Below are positions 42,587-52,639 of a stretch of DNA of 53,496 nt, piece by piece; the stretch's first letter is position 1; the number at the start of each line of letters is the position of its first letter. This DNA comes from Methanobacteriota archaeon. GTDB taxonomy: Archaea; Methanobacteriota_B; Thermococci; Methanofastidiosales; B48-G16. The stretch is from assembly GCA_034659995.1 (NCBI GenBank), contig JAYEIH010000068.1:1-53496 (forward strand), written 5' to 3'. The position numbers and the translations under genes are program-made. The notes beneath the pieces are model-generated. The model was not told the origin of the DNA. It searched no databases and saw only the letters and a program-made list of their open reading frames with translations.

Positions 42587-44371
42587 ATGTACGGCTATAC
42601 AGGAAAAGTCCTGAGAGTTAACCTCACTACCGGCAAAAGTTCAGAGGAATCACTGAACGAAGATGATGCTCGGAGATTTATCGGTGGGAAGGGTCTCGGA
42701 GCGAAGATACTCTTCGATGAGATCGATCCGAGTGTCGATCCGCTGTCACCGGAGAATGTGATGATCCTCTCCACAGGCCCACTGACAGGCAGCTTAGCAC
42801 CTACCTCCGGCCGCTGGTGCGTGGTCACGAAATCACCGCTGACCTCATTGTATCTCGATTCTCATGTCGGCGGGTACTTCGGTGCCGAGATAAAGAAAGC
42901 AGGGTATGATTTCATTATCATACAGGGAAGAGCAGAGAAGCCTGTCTATATTGCCATCAATGATGACAATGTGGAGATAAGGGATGCGGAAGACTTATGG
43001 GGAAAGAACTCCTTTGAGACCGAAGAAGCATTGCAGGAAAAAGGCAGAGTCCTTTCCATTGGTGTAGCCGGAGAGAACCAGGTGAAATTTGCGTGTATAA
43101 ACACAGACCTCCGCGGAGAGGCCAGAGGAGGAAATGCAGGCAGAGGTGGTGCCGGAGCAGTTATGGGATCGAAGAACCTCAAGGCCGTTGTAATAAAAGG
43201 CACAGAGAAGCTTCGGTATGCAGATGAGGAAGGCTTCAGAAATGCAGTAAAAAAAGCCTTCAAAATGATAAAGGAGGACAACTTCATACCACAGCGGAGA
43301 AAGTACGGTACTCCCATATGGGTAAGTCCTGTTAATGAAAATAAGCTGCTGCCAACACGAAACTTCTCGCAGGGAAGCTTTGAGAAGGCCGACAATATCT
43401 CCGGAGAAACGATGCATGAAGAGATCGTTGAGGGGAACAGGTCTTGTTTCAACTGTCCCATTGCCTGCGGCAAATGGACAAAATTCGAGTTTGACGGTGA
43501 AGAGTACGAGCTCGAAGGTCCGGAGTATGAGACCATAGCGCTTCTTGGAAGCAACTGCGGAAATGAGAGTATAAAGAGCGTTGCATATCTCTCCTACCTC
43601 TGCGATGATCTCGGTCTCGATACTATCTCCACCGGAAATATCATTGCATTTGTCATTGAAGCGGCAAAAAATGGCCTTATTGATGAGGATATCAGTTTTA
43701 ACGATCCCAAGAAACAAGCGGAGCTGATCCGTAAAATAGCATACAGAGAAGGATTTGGTGACGAACTCGCGGAGGGAGTGAAACGGGTTTCAGAACAATA
43801 TGGCGGCACGGAGTACGCAATACAGTCAAAGGGAATGGAGTTCCCGGGATACGATCCCCGTGGTGCCTTCGGTATGGCCCTGGCCTATGCCACAAGTGAC
43901 CGCGGCGCATGCCACCAGAGGGTCTGGACGGTGAACGCCGAGATAAAGGGTGACCTCTCGCCCAGGTACAGTATCGAAGGAAGAGCCAGGTTTGTGAAGG
44001 ATGGGCAGGATGAGAGGGCATGCTGTTACTCCCTTGTACTCTGTGATTTTGTGCCTTTGAGTCTGGATATTTTTATTGAGCTGCTGAACACGACTACAGG
44101 ATTTGAGTACTCTAACAAAGAGTACCTGAAGGCAGGAGAGAGGATCTGGAACCTCACAAGGCTTTTCAATATAAAAAACGGCGTTACCAGAAAAGAGGAG
44201 ACTATTCCAAAGAGGATCATGGAGGAGAAACTGGATTTCGACGAGGCGAGGATAGGAAAGGAGAGGTTTGAGGAGATGCTCTCCGAGTACTATGGTCTTC
44301 GGGGATGGAATAAAAACGGTAGCCCCACAAAGAAGAAACTCAAAGAGTTGGATTTAGAGGGATTTTTATGA
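42587..44371 (+). CDS. aor: tungsten-type aldehyde:ferredoxin oxidoreductase family protein
   Basis: 594 aa. The N-terminus MYGYTGKVLRVNLTTGK is typical of AOR. The Fe-S Cys motif is CFNCPIACGK, and DRGACH is present. Confidence 0.9.
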   Translation: MYGYTGKVLRVNLTTGKSSEESLNEDDARRFIGGKGLGAKILFDEIDPSVDPLSPENVMILSTGPLTGSLAPTSGRWCVVTKSPLTSLYLDSHVGGYFGAEIKKAGYDFIIIQGRAEKPVYIAINDDNVEIRDAEDLWGKNSFETEEALQEKGRVLSIGVAGENQVKFACINTDLRGEARGGNAGRGGAGAVMGSKNLKAVVIKGTEKLRYADEEGFRNAVKKAFKMIKEDNFIPQRRKYGTPIWVSPVNENKLLPTRNFSQGSFEKADNISGETMHEEIVEGNRSCFNCPIACGKWTKFEFDGEEYELEGPEYETIALLGSNCGNESIKSVAYLSYLCDDLGLDTISTGNIIAFVIEAAKNGLIDEDISFNDPKKQAELIRKIAYREGFGDELAEGVKRVSEQYGGTEYAIQSKGMEFPGYDPRGAFGMALAYATSDRGACHQRVWTVNAEIKGDLSPRYSIEGRARFVKDGQDERACCYSLVLCDFVPLSLDIFIELLNTTTGFEYSNKEYLKAGERIWNLTRLFNIKNGVTRKEETIPKRIMEEKLDFDEARIGKERFEEMLSEYYGLRGWNKNGSPTKKKLKELDLEGFL

Positions 44372-45516
44372 GATGGACAGCAGATACAATCAAGAACGCA
44401 CCACCTTCTGTGCTGGAAAAACTTCTTGGCATAGCGGTAGAGTACGAGGATCTAATAAGTCTTGCTATCGGAGAGCCGGATCTCGATACACCGGAGTATA
44501 TTATAGAGGCGGGAAAAAAGGCATTGGATGAAGGATACACCCATTATACATCTAATTTTGGAATGATAGAACTCCGGAAGGCAATTGCAGAGAAGCTTGA
44601 GAGAGAAAATAACGTCACCGTTGCTCCTGACGAAGTTATCGTGACCTGTGGAGCCGGAACAGCTATCGACCTTCTTATGCGGGCGGTGCTCGATCCTGGA
44701 GATGAGGTTATTGTTCAGGACCCCGGATACTTTAACTACAGGTATTTGAGTGCCTTTCTCAACACAAAGCTCGTACCAGTGCATGCGAGGGAGGAAAACG
44801 ATTTTTCTATAAGTCCCAGAGACGTAGAAGAAAAGATTACCGACAGAACAAAGCTTCTGGTGATAAACTCACCGGCGAACCCTACGGGAAGCGTAATTCC
44901 AGAAAAGGACCTGCGAAAAATAGCTGATATAGCCGTAGAGAATGATATTTTTGTTGTCAGCGATGAGATATATGAGAAACTCATATACGATGAGGATCAT
45001 TTCTCTATAACCTCTATAGACGGAATGAAGGAGCGATCTGTACTGATCAACGGATTTTCCAAGGCATACGCAATGACCGGCTGGAGAATAGGATATGCGG
45101 CAGGAAATAAGGAGATAATAAATACAATGGGAATGATCGGAGCCTACACCAGTATATGTGCCCCCGGTGTTTCTCAGAAAGCCGCTGTAGCCGCACTGAA
45201 AGGCGATCAGAGCTGTATTGAGAAGATGAGACAGGAGTACGATAAAAGAAGAAGGTATATAATAAATCGATTGAACGATGTAGGAATTCCCACGGTGATG
45301 CCCAAAGGAGCTTTTTACGCATTTCCAAACATCTCGGAGTACGGATCAAGCGAGGAGGTATGGAAGCTCTTCCTTGAGAAAGCAGGTGTTGCCGCAACAC
45401 CGGGCACAGCCTTTGGAGAGTATGGGGAAGGATATCTAAGATTTTCCTATGCGAACTCCATAGGTAATATAGAAAACGCTCTTAATAATATAGAAAAGGT
45501 GATAAAGAATGTATAA
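44368..45516 (+). CDS. class I/II (aspartate-type) aminotransferase
   Basis: Motifs are NSPANPTG and FSKAYAMTGWRIGY. ATGA overlap with AOR. Confidence 0.85.
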   Translation: MRWTADTIKNAPPSVLEKLLGIAVEYEDLISLAIGEPDLDTPEYIIEAGKKALDEGYTHYTSNFGMIELRKAIAEKLERENNVTVAPDEVIVTCGAGTAIDLLMRAVLDPGDEVIVQDPGYFNYRYLSAFLNTKLVPVHAREENDFSISPRDVEEKITDRTKLLVINSPANPTGSVIPEKDLRKIADIAVENDIFVVSDEIYEKLIYDEDHFSITSIDGMKERSVLINGFSKAYAMTGWRIGYAAGNKEIINTMGMIGAYTSICAPGVSQKAAVAALKGDQSCIEKMRQEYDKRRRYIINRLNDVGIPTVMPKGAFYAFPNISEYGSSEEVWKLFLEKAGVAATPGTAFGEYGEGYLRFSYANSIGNIENALNNIEKVIKNV

Positions 45517-46534
45517 TATAATTTTTATAGGACTTGGAGTTGTTGGTACGGGGCTGGCTGAGATCTTGCACGATAAGCGAGCTTACCTAAAGAAGGAGTA
45601 CGGATTTGAGTATAACGTTCTCGGAGTCTGCGATCTGATAAAGGGCAGTATCTACGATGAAGGTGGGCTTGATCTCGGTAAGGTTCTAAAGATGAATGAG
45701 GAAAAGGGAAAGATAAAGGACTATCCCGCAGAGGAGAAAGGGCTCGAAAGCGTTGAGATGATAAAGAAGGAGAAGGTGGATATTGTTGCGGAGATTACGC
45801 CCACCAATATAAAGACAGGTGAGCCCGGTCTCACACATTACAGGGCGGCACTGGAGAACGGGAAACATATCGTCTCCACGAACAAAGGACCAACTGCGTT
45901 GAAATATAAGGAATTAAAGGAGATTGCCGAGGAAAATAATGCATACCTGGGGTTTGAGGGTACAGTTATCTCAGGGACGCCTGCACTTAACCTCGCCCTG
46001 CGCGATCTAGCAGGTTGCGATATAAAGAGCATCAAAGGAATCCTCAACGGTACGACGAACTATATCCTCACTAATATGGAGGAGGGACGAGCATACGATG
46101 AGGTCCTCAAAGAGGCACAGGAAAAGGGCTATGCAGAGACCGATCCTACGGCAGATGTGGAAGGCCATGATCCTCTGGCAAAGATCGTTATTCTCGCCAA
46201 CGCGGTCATGAATGGTGACGTAGATTTAAAGACCGTTCCATGCGAAGGAATTACAAATATAACGTTGGATGATGTGAAAAAGGCGAAAAAAGAGGGAAAA
46301 AGGATAAAGCTCATCGGAAAGGCGTGGAGAGAGAATGGAGAGATAAAAGCACAGGTAAAACCTGAGTTTCTTCCGCTCACAGACCCACTGGCGAACGTTA
46401 TGGGCGTCTTAAATGCTATCAGCTTTGAAACAGATCTCACAGGCGATGTAACAATTATTGGTCCGGGCGCAGGAGCCTCCACAGCAGGGTACGCGATGCT
46501 CGCAGATATGCTCGAGATCAATAGACGATTTTAA
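45509..46534 (+). CDS. hom: homoserine dehydrogenase
   Basis: It has the Rossmann motif FIGLGVVGTG, plus VSTNKGP and LNGTTNYIL. It overlaps the aminotransferase gene by 8 nt. Confidence 0.85.
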   Translation: MYNIIFIGLGVVGTGLAEILHDKRAYLKKEYGFEYNVLGVCDLIKGSIYDEGGLDLGKVLKMNEEKGKIKDYPAEEKGLESVEMIKKEKVDIVAEITPTNIKTGEPGLTHYRAALENGKHIVSTNKGPTALKYKELKEIAEENNAYLGFEGTVISGTPALNLALRDLAGCDIKSIKGILNGTTNYILTNMEEGRAYDEVLKEAQEKGYAETDPTADVEGHDPLAKIVILANAVMNGDVDLKTVPCEGITNITLDDVKKAKKEGKRIKLIGKAWRENGEIKAQVKPEFLPLTDPLANVMGVLNAISFETDLTGDVTIIGPGAGASTAGYAMLADMLEINRRF

Positions 46535-46574
46535 CCTTTCTTTTTTTATTTCTTGTGTTGGAAGACTAATAAAG

Positions 46575-47114
46575 TTATTTTCGCTTTGAAAATCCGTACC
46601 GCCCAAGAGCGCCGCCGACGAAACAGTACTCTCCCTTGACATAGCAGATGGGACCTGCTTTTCTGTAGTTTATTTTACCCTTCTCTATGATTTCCTCATC
46701 TATGTCCACAGCGACGACTCTTCCGATAAAGAGATCATGGGTGCCGAGCGGAATGATTTTTTTCAGTGTGCACTCGAGGTTCACCGGACACTCCCTGATC
46801 AGCGGGGCCGATACTTTGTTAGCTTTTTCCTTTGCAAGTCCCGTTTCTTCGAACTTGTCCACATCCCGTCCTGAGACCATACCGCAGTAATCTACCTCCT
46901 CAAGTATTTCCTCTGTGGGGATGTTCACCACAAACTCCCCTGACTCCTTGATGAGGTCATGAGAGAATCGCTCCGGCCGTATCGCTGCTGAGAGCATGGG
47001 GGGATCGTGGCATGCCGTTCCGATCCATGCGAGGGTGATAATGTTATCATCAGATGTTACAAGAGCCACGGGTATAGGATAAAGCGCCGGATAGGGTTCT
47101 TTTTCTATTTTCAT
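46575..47114 (-). CDS. flavin reductase-like FMN-binding domain protein
   Basis: 179 aa with split-barrel motifs (PVALVTS, NIITLAWIG, FVVNI). Confidence 0.7.
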   Translation of the reverse strand: MKIEKEPYPALYPIPVALVTSDDNIITLAWIGTACHDPPMLSAAIRPERFSHDLIKESGEFVVNIPTEEILEEVDYCGMVSGRDVDKFEETGLAKEKANKVSAPLIRECPVNLECTLKKIIPLGTHDLFIGRVVAVDIDEEIIEKGKINYRKAGPICYVKGEYCFVGGALGRYGFSKRK

Positions 47115-47324
47115 AAATAACCACTGTCTTTGGATGTTATAAACTTTATGTTACTCCCCGTAGAAAAAAATCTCTTCAATGGTTACGTCGAAAAATCGTG
47201 CCATTTTAAATGCCAGATGGAAAGGCTTTTACCTGTACCTGTGGCCGCATCGAGAATTGTTTTATTCTGCAAAATCAGATCTTCAAAAATAAACTTATGG
47301 ATTTAGTTTATGAAAATATATCAG

Positions 47325-48014
47325 TTAAAGTATCTCCAAAACTTCTTTGAGCGAACGAATCTCGAAATCCGCCTGAACCTCTTCCGATTTTTTCATCTGG
47401 GGATTAAACCAGCAGCTCTTCATGCCCGCGCTTTTGGCCCCTATAATATCAGGCAGATAGAGATCGCCTATATACAGCGATTCCTCAGGTTCTACATCCA
47501 TCTCTTCGGTGGCTTTCCAGAAAATTCGCGGATCGGGCTTTCTGATACCGAGTTCCTCCGAGAGAGTAATGCTCTGAAAGATAGATCTAAGGCCCAGCGC
47601 ATCGAGTTTCCGATACTGAACATCTCTGGACCCATTGGAGATAACACCCAGCTGATATCCTACTTTAATAGTAGTTACCACCAACTCAACGTTATCTATG
47701 GGAATGTTTAGCCCGGGATACAGTTCGTAAAATTCTTGGGCCATCTCTTCGGCAAAGTCCCCATTCAACTCGAGAATTTTAAGAATGTTTCGCTGCATGT
47801 CAATACGAATGGCATCTAAGACTTTTCCATTGTGGAACTCTTTTAGCGCTATCTTATCGGCCTCAAGAAATACTTCGATAAGTCTCTCCTCGCTTACACC
47901 ATCAAAAATGTCTCTATGTCTCCCTGCAATTATTCTAATTGCCTTTTTATGTGCTCTGTCCTGATCGAAAAGAGTGTTATCAATATCAAAGAAGACCGCT
48001 TTTATCTCCGGCAT
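47325..48014 (-). CDS. HAD-superfamily hydrolase (subfamily IA)
   Basis: Motif I is FFDIDNTLFD and motif IV is IGDLYLPDI. Confidence 0.75.
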   Translation of the reverse strand: MPEIKAVFFDIDNTLFDQDRAHKKAIRIIAGRHRDIFDGVSEERLIEVFLEADKIALKEFHNGKVLDAIRIDMQRNILKILELNGDFAEEMAQEFYELYPGLNIPIDNVELVVTTIKVGYQLGVISNGSRDVQYRKLDALGLRSIFQSITLSEELGIRKPDPRIFWKATEEMDVEPEESLYIGDLYLPDIIGAKSAGMKSCWFNPQMKKSEEVQADFEIRSLKEVLEIL

Positions 48015-48053
48015 GTTCTCATTTTACAGATAGCATTAATAAAGATTTCTCTT

Positions 48054-48869
48054 TTATTCACCATTCAAAATAGCTACCGCAGCTCCAATAGCTGTGGCAT
48101 ACTCCCCCCTTTCTGGAATTATAAAATTTTTATCAAATAAAGGCTGAATGGAGTGCATTGATTGCCGTACCTCACTCAGAGCCATGCCTTTTCCAGTGAA
48201 AATAACATCATTCAGGCCGCAGGCCCTGGCAGCGAAGATGGCGATCACTCCAACGGTCTGCGAGACCATATTGATGATGCCTTTGGCGATATCCTCCTTT
48301 TCCACGGTGTCATCGATTTTTCCAAAGTTCGAGGCTGTAGCATCGCTTGGTATCACACCAACACTCCCGCCTGCTATATCGCCAACGGTGAGATCCACCT
48401 TCTTCAGATTCCCCCTTTCCGCAAGATCATCTAAGGTCTGGATGTTACTGATATTGAGAAGCATCCGCGAAAGGCCCTGAAGTGTTCCGCCGCCAATACC
48501 GCTGCCTCCGAAATGCCTGATCTCATCCTTAACACAGGCCACAGCCGTACCGGTGCCCATACTTACTACAACCCCCTGTTTTTTTTCTGCAAGGGTGATC
48601 CCGCCTTTCCCAATCGCGGTGATCTCATCTATGTGCTTTACCGGAACGCCGAGCAGTGTATCCTTCAGAAATCGTGAACCGCCGCCTGTGGCAGCGATGG
48701 TTCGTATCTCATCGAGTGGTTTGTCCAGCGATGTTACGAGCTTGCCGAGCGCACCGGAGGCAGCAGCTAAGGGATCATTGGCCGTCACACTTACTATCTT
48801 CAGTATTTTGTGGTTCTTTATAGCCACAGCGTCCGTTGTTGTACCGCCTATATCAATACCTACAATCAT
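48054..48869 (-). CDS. ASKHA-fold ATPase/kinase (hydantoinase-A or type II pantothenate-kinase-like)
   Basis: The phosphate-1 motif is VGIDIGGTTTD, followed by later GGG motifs. Confidence 0.5.
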   Translation of the reverse strand: MIVGIDIGGTTTDAVAIKNHKILKIVSVTANDPLAAASGALGKLVTSLDKPLDEIRTIAATGGGSRFLKDTLLGVPVKHIDEITAIGKGGITLAEKKQGVVVSMGTGTAVACVKDEIRHFGGSGIGGGTLQGLSRMLLNISNIQTLDDLAERGNLKKVDLTVGDIAGGSVGVIPSDATASNFGKIDDTVEKEDIAKGIINMVSQTVGVIAIFAARACGLNDVIFTGKGMALSEVRQSMHSIQPLFDKNFIIPERGEYATAIGAAVAILNGE

Positions 48870-48878
48870 GTTCTCGCC

Positions 48879-50510
48879 TCAGATCAAGAGAGGGATCATC
48901 TTTATTATCGCAAGTAACGCACCTACTACTCCCTCTCCGCCTATCAGTCCGGATGCTATAAGTCTTTCTGTCTCATCCTTTGTTTTTTTTCTATTGAGAT
49001 AGTTTACTGCCCCCCCGATGAAGAATGCCACAGAGAGATATAACGGAATGAAGATGCCAACGCCGAAAACCATACCCGAACGTCCCAGTAAGGTAATAGC
49101 GGTTCCTATAACTGCTCCCAAAAGGAAGATCTTAAGATCAATAGCACCGAGCATGTACGCTACACTCTGCGCCTGTAAAGCAAAGAGTTCAGAGCTCCCA
49201 AGGTCGAATGCATTCAGTATGGCAAGCAAACTAATCCCCACGACCAGAGAGCCAATTACAACACCGAGCATCTGTGCCTTTGCCTGTTCCTTTGGAGATG
49301 TTCCAAGCATATGTCCTGCCTTTAGATCAAAGAGAAGATCACCGGCTACGCCGACGGATACAGCCGCGATTGCTGCAATGAATATGCTCTCATAGGTACT
49401 CAAAGAAACAGCGATTTTAACGAAGAGTACAATAAGTACAGCAAAGACCTCCATAGGATCGATACTTACCTCACCGGTTAACCTCCCGGCAAGGGCAGTC
49501 ATGACCCATATACCAATAATCGCAAGTATGGAAGCAGCGATAGTTAGGTCTAAAATAGTGGTCATAATGAAAACAGCGAGTACTGCGAATACGGGTATCC
49601 AACGAGGATTTACCTCATCTTTCAGAACCTTAGCAGAGATCATTGCTTTGAACGTTTTTATACTCGAAGGAATGACCTTCAAAATGAATATTATGATCCC
49701 CCCACCAATAACGGCGCCAACTCCCAGCGGCAGTACATACTCTGTCATCTGAGCCATCGGTACATCATAAAAATAGTGTATGAAAGGCTGGAAGACATAA
49801 TATGAGAATAAACATCCTAAAAACCATATAGAGACTATTCTATAACCGATCAGATATCCAGCACCGATCGCCATAGGCATGAAAGGAACCTCAAACTTAA
49901 AGGCACCCGATTGAAACCGCTTAAAAACAGGGATCACGCTCTCGAGAGCAAAGTGTATCTTTCCAATGGAAAGTGATACGCCATCTCTCAGCGCCGTAAA
50001 AATAGCGGAAAGCCCAAAGGCCGAAAGGAGGATTTTTATTTTTCGACCACCTTCTTTTTCTCCAGCTCTGATCGTATCTGCCGTTGCTTCGCCTATGGCA
50101 AAGGGTAGTTTCTCTTCTATTATCATGTTCTTTCGTAGATACGCTGAGAAAAGGACGCCAAATATGCCGCCAACGAACGCCAGTACAAATGTTTTGAGAA
50201 TGAAGCTCTTGGGGTCTGATGTGAGACTATCAAAAAGTTCCTGATCGAGGAAATGGATAGCGGGGATTGTAAAGCATATTCCTGCTGCAAGAATTCCGCC
50301 GGTGGAGGCAGCGGTCTGAGCGATATTTATCTCATGGACACTCGCGTCTTTTTCCAATTTTAGGATCTTGTAAATGCTTATTGCCATTAGAGCAGTTAGA
50401 ATTGAGGCCCACATAAACGCATTCATTCGGAGCGTAATATACACCCCTGACATTGTCATCAGTACGGCAAGCATACCACCAATTATGTATGATCGCAGTT
50501 TTATTTTCAT
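48879..50510 (-). CDS. OPT family oligopeptide transporter
   Basis: It has about 16 TM helices. ATG 50510 is favoured as start because a TATA-rich tract at 50530-50560 lies inside the longer TTG-started ORF (to 50567). Confidence 0.7.
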   Translation of the reverse strand: MKIKLRSYIIGGMLAVLMTMSGVYITLRMNAFMWASILTALMAISIYKILKLEKDASVHEINIAQTAASTGGILAAGICFTIPAIHFLDQELFDSLTSDPKSFILKTFVLAFVGGIFGVLFSAYLRKNMIIEEKLPFAIGEATADTIRAGEKEGGRKIKILLSAFGLSAIFTALRDGVSLSIGKIHFALESVIPVFKRFQSGAFKFEVPFMPMAIGAGYLIGYRIVSIWFLGCLFSYYVFQPFIHYFYDVPMAQMTEYVLPLGVGAVIGGGIIIFILKVIPSSIKTFKAMISAKVLKDEVNPRWIPVFAVLAVFIMTTILDLTIAASILAIIGIWVMTALAGRLTGEVSIDPMEVFAVLIVLFVKIAVSLSTYESIFIAAIAAVSVGVAGDLLFDLKAGHMLGTSPKEQAKAQMLGVVIGSLVVGISLLAILNAFDLGSSELFALQAQSVAYMLGAIDLKIFLLGAVIGTAITLLGRSGMVFGVGIFIPLYLSVAFFIGGAVNYLNRKKTKDETERLIASGLIGGEGVVGALLAIIKMIPLLI

Positions 50511-50594
50511 AGACGCCCTTACGAAATGCCTTATATAAAGTTTTTGTATAAAGTATATAGACGACAAAGAAAAAATGTAGTATCTATATAGATT

Positions 50595-51020
50595 TTAATC
50601 AAAGGCCTTCCTCGTTTCCTTCTTTTTTATGTACTTCTCTAGCGTATCAGCATCCAGCGTTTTAAACTTCAGCTCCTGCAGGACCTTTTCTGTCACGATC
50701 TGCTTCTTAATCTTCTTCTCAAGTTTGCTTCCTTCCACCTTTCTCGGTACAGAGTATTTCAACTTTTTTAAGGCTTCGGCAATCTTCCCACCTGAGAGAG
50801 TACCTTTGGGAACAGTATCAGAGACAATATCATCCAGCTCCTCAAGATCGAAATCCTCATCCAGGTACTCAAATAGTTTTCTACCGGCAGTCTCACGTAT
50901 TGAGAGTAACAGCCTCGCTATGACTATCTTATCGGTGTTTTCGTCTATCTCCATCTTTTTTACGGCTATCCATTTTCCATGCTTTGCAATGAAATTTATT
51001 TTATCTTCCATCTTACCCAA
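50595..51020 (-). CDS. hypothetical protein
   Basis: 141 aa, charged. No family recognised. It overlaps the upstream HAD gene by 25 nt. Confidence 0.4.
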   Translation of the reverse strand: MGKMEDKINFIAKHGKWIAVKKMEIDENTDKIVIARLLLSIRETAGRKLFEYLDEDFDLEELDDIVSDTVPKGTLSGGKIAEALKKLKYSVPRKVEGSKLEKKIKKQIVTEKVLQELKFKTLDADTLEKYIKKKETRKAFD

Positions 51021-51604
51021 TCCTCATAAAATGTTTGTATAGAATCAAATAGGAGATCAGCATTTTTTAATCTTTCTCTTGTACCCGAACCACTCAGAAG
51101 CCCCACGGTGAGAGTGCCCATTGTATTTCCCGCCTCTATCTCAAAAGGATGATCGCCAATAATTACTGCATCTTCAGGCCTCACCTTTAGCTCTTTCAGT
51201 GCGATCTCAACGTGCATTGAGTTGGGTTTTACCTTTTCCACATCATCTCTTGAGAGTATTATATCAAAGTAATCCATTATTTCTGCTTTTCTAAGAGATA
51301 AACGTGTTGATTCTCTATTATTTCTTGTTATTATACCGATTTTTCTGTTTTTCCCTTTTAGATACTCGAGACAGTCTCTGGCACCATCCATTATCTCTGA
51401 ATTCTCTGCAGCCCTTCTTTCCTGTTCATTGACGTAGCTCAGCGCTCTTTTTTGCAAGTCCTCATCATTCACCAATGCTATGGCCTCCAAAAGAGATCCC
51501 TCTCTCTTGCCAACGATATCGTCAATATATCGTTTCATTTTGGCGAAATCAAGCTTCATTCGTATGAGCGTTCCATCCATATCAAAAAGAAAGGCTTCAT
51601 ACAT
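50996..51604 (-). CDS. HAD-superfamily hydrolase (phosphoglycolate phosphatase-like)
   Basis: Motifs are FLFDMDGTL, ITRNNR and GDHPFEIEAG. ATG 51604 is favoured as start; the longest ORF extends to 51709. Confidence 0.75.
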   Translation of the reverse strand: MYEAFLFDMDGTLIRMKLDFAKMKRYIDDIVGKREGSLLEAIALVNDEDLQKRALSYVNEQERRAAENSEIMDGARDCLEYLKGKNRKIGIITRNNRESTRLSLRKAEIMDYFDIILSRDDVEKVKPNSMHVEIALKELKVRPEDAVIIGDHPFEIEAGNTMGTLTVGLLSGSGTRERLKNADLLFDSIQTFYEDWVRWKIK

Positions 51605-52127
51605 CTTTTTTCTCCTGAAAAAACACTCTGCACTTTTCCCTAAAAACTCCAATCGCTGAGTTGTTGACAATGACTCTGTCTGCCAAGGCGATAGCATTGC
51701 CGAGACCAAAGTTCAGTTCCCTGAGATCTCTCTTCAGAAACGTCTCATACTCTTCCGGATCGTCCTCCCTCCCTCGCTTCATCAAACGCTTAAATCGCTC
51801 CCTCGGCGAGGTATGTATTGCTACGAGATAGCAGTCATAGTACCGGGAGAACTCCTTTACCTCTTCATAACTTCGTATTCCATCAATGACAATGTTTTGA
51901 GAGTTTCCTATCTTTTCAACTGCCAGTTTTGCGATTACTGCCTTTCCTTCTTCTTCTCTCAGTTTTTTGGCTATTTTTCCTGAGTCTTTAAGTTTATATC
52001 CTCTTTTCAGTGTTTCTTTTCGCACAATGTCCCCTAGAACAACAATCTTATATCCAAATTTCTTGGCAGTACGAACAAACACATTCTTCCCGCTTCCGGG
52101 CATGCCGACAACACATATCATGAACAC
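51597..52127 (-). CDS. small P-loop nucleotide kinase (UPF0200/dephospho-CoA-kinase-like)
   Basis: The P-loop is GMPGSGKN. 176 aa. Confidence 0.6.
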   Translation of the reverse strand: MFMICVVGMPGSGKNVFVRTAKKFGYKIVVLGDIVRKETLKRGYKLKDSGKIAKKLREEEGKAVIAKLAVEKIGNSQNIVIDGIRSYEEVKEFSRYYDCYLVAIHTSPRERFKRLMKRGREDDPEEYETFLKRDLRELNFGLGNAIALADRVIVNNSAIGVFREKCRVFFQEKKDV

Positions 52128-52145
52128 TATAAAACAATGAAATTT

Positions 52146-52574
52146 TTAAACCTTTTTAACCATCAGAATACCATCATCCCCATTGGCATAGTACCCCGGC
52201 ATCTCCTTTTCCACAGAAAATCCCAGTTTCTTATAGAGCTTTTGGGCTCTTTTGTTGTTTTTTCTCACCTCCAGACTGGCTTTTTTGAGATCTCTCTCCT
52301 TAAATATCTTAAGAAGAGCTTTTACAAGAAACGTACCAACTTTTTTCCGTTGGAAATCCTTATCTACCGCCAGCGAGATTATGTGCCCCTCCAATCTGTC
52401 TATAATCCCCACAATGTATCCAATGACATTGGTATTATAGGCAACGAGGAAGGTTTTTTTATGAGTGCTGTACAGATGATTGAGAACAATTGGATCGTAG
52501 GGTGCGTTAAATGAAGAGAACTCTATCTCAGAAACTCTTTTTATGTCCTCTTTTTCTACCTCTCGAATTTCCAT
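52146..52574 (-). CDS. rimI: GNAT family N-acetyltransferase (RimI-like)
   Basis: 142 aa. The acetyl-CoA motif is QRKKVGTFLV. Confidence 0.7.
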   Translation of the reverse strand: MEIREVEKEDIKRVSEIEFSSFNAPYDPIVLNHLYSTHKKTFLVAYNTNVIGYIVGIIDRLEGHIISLAVDKDFQRKKVGTFLVKALLKIFKERDLKKASLEVRKNNKRAQKLYKKLGFSVEKEMPGYYANGDDGILMVKKV

Positions 52575-52639
52575 GGTACCGGTATGTGCCAGTAAAGAAA
52601 AACTTTTCCCTGGGTAGCTATAAAAAAATAAAAAAAAGA

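Noticed and set aside
42946-43717. Long antisense ORFs (202 and 240 aa) inside the AOR gene
   Set aside because: They lie opposite a strongly supported CDS, and their translated sequences are low-complexity or Ser/Pro-rich. This is a typical shadow-ORF artefact. The same applies to the antisense ORFs at 36639-37109, 37389-37883, 46129-46521 and 48148-49002.
47115-47324. 38-codon ORF (MVTSKNRAILNARWKGF...) and possible regulatory RNA in the 210-nt gap
   Set aside because: It has no SD, no recognisable family and no significant secondary structure.
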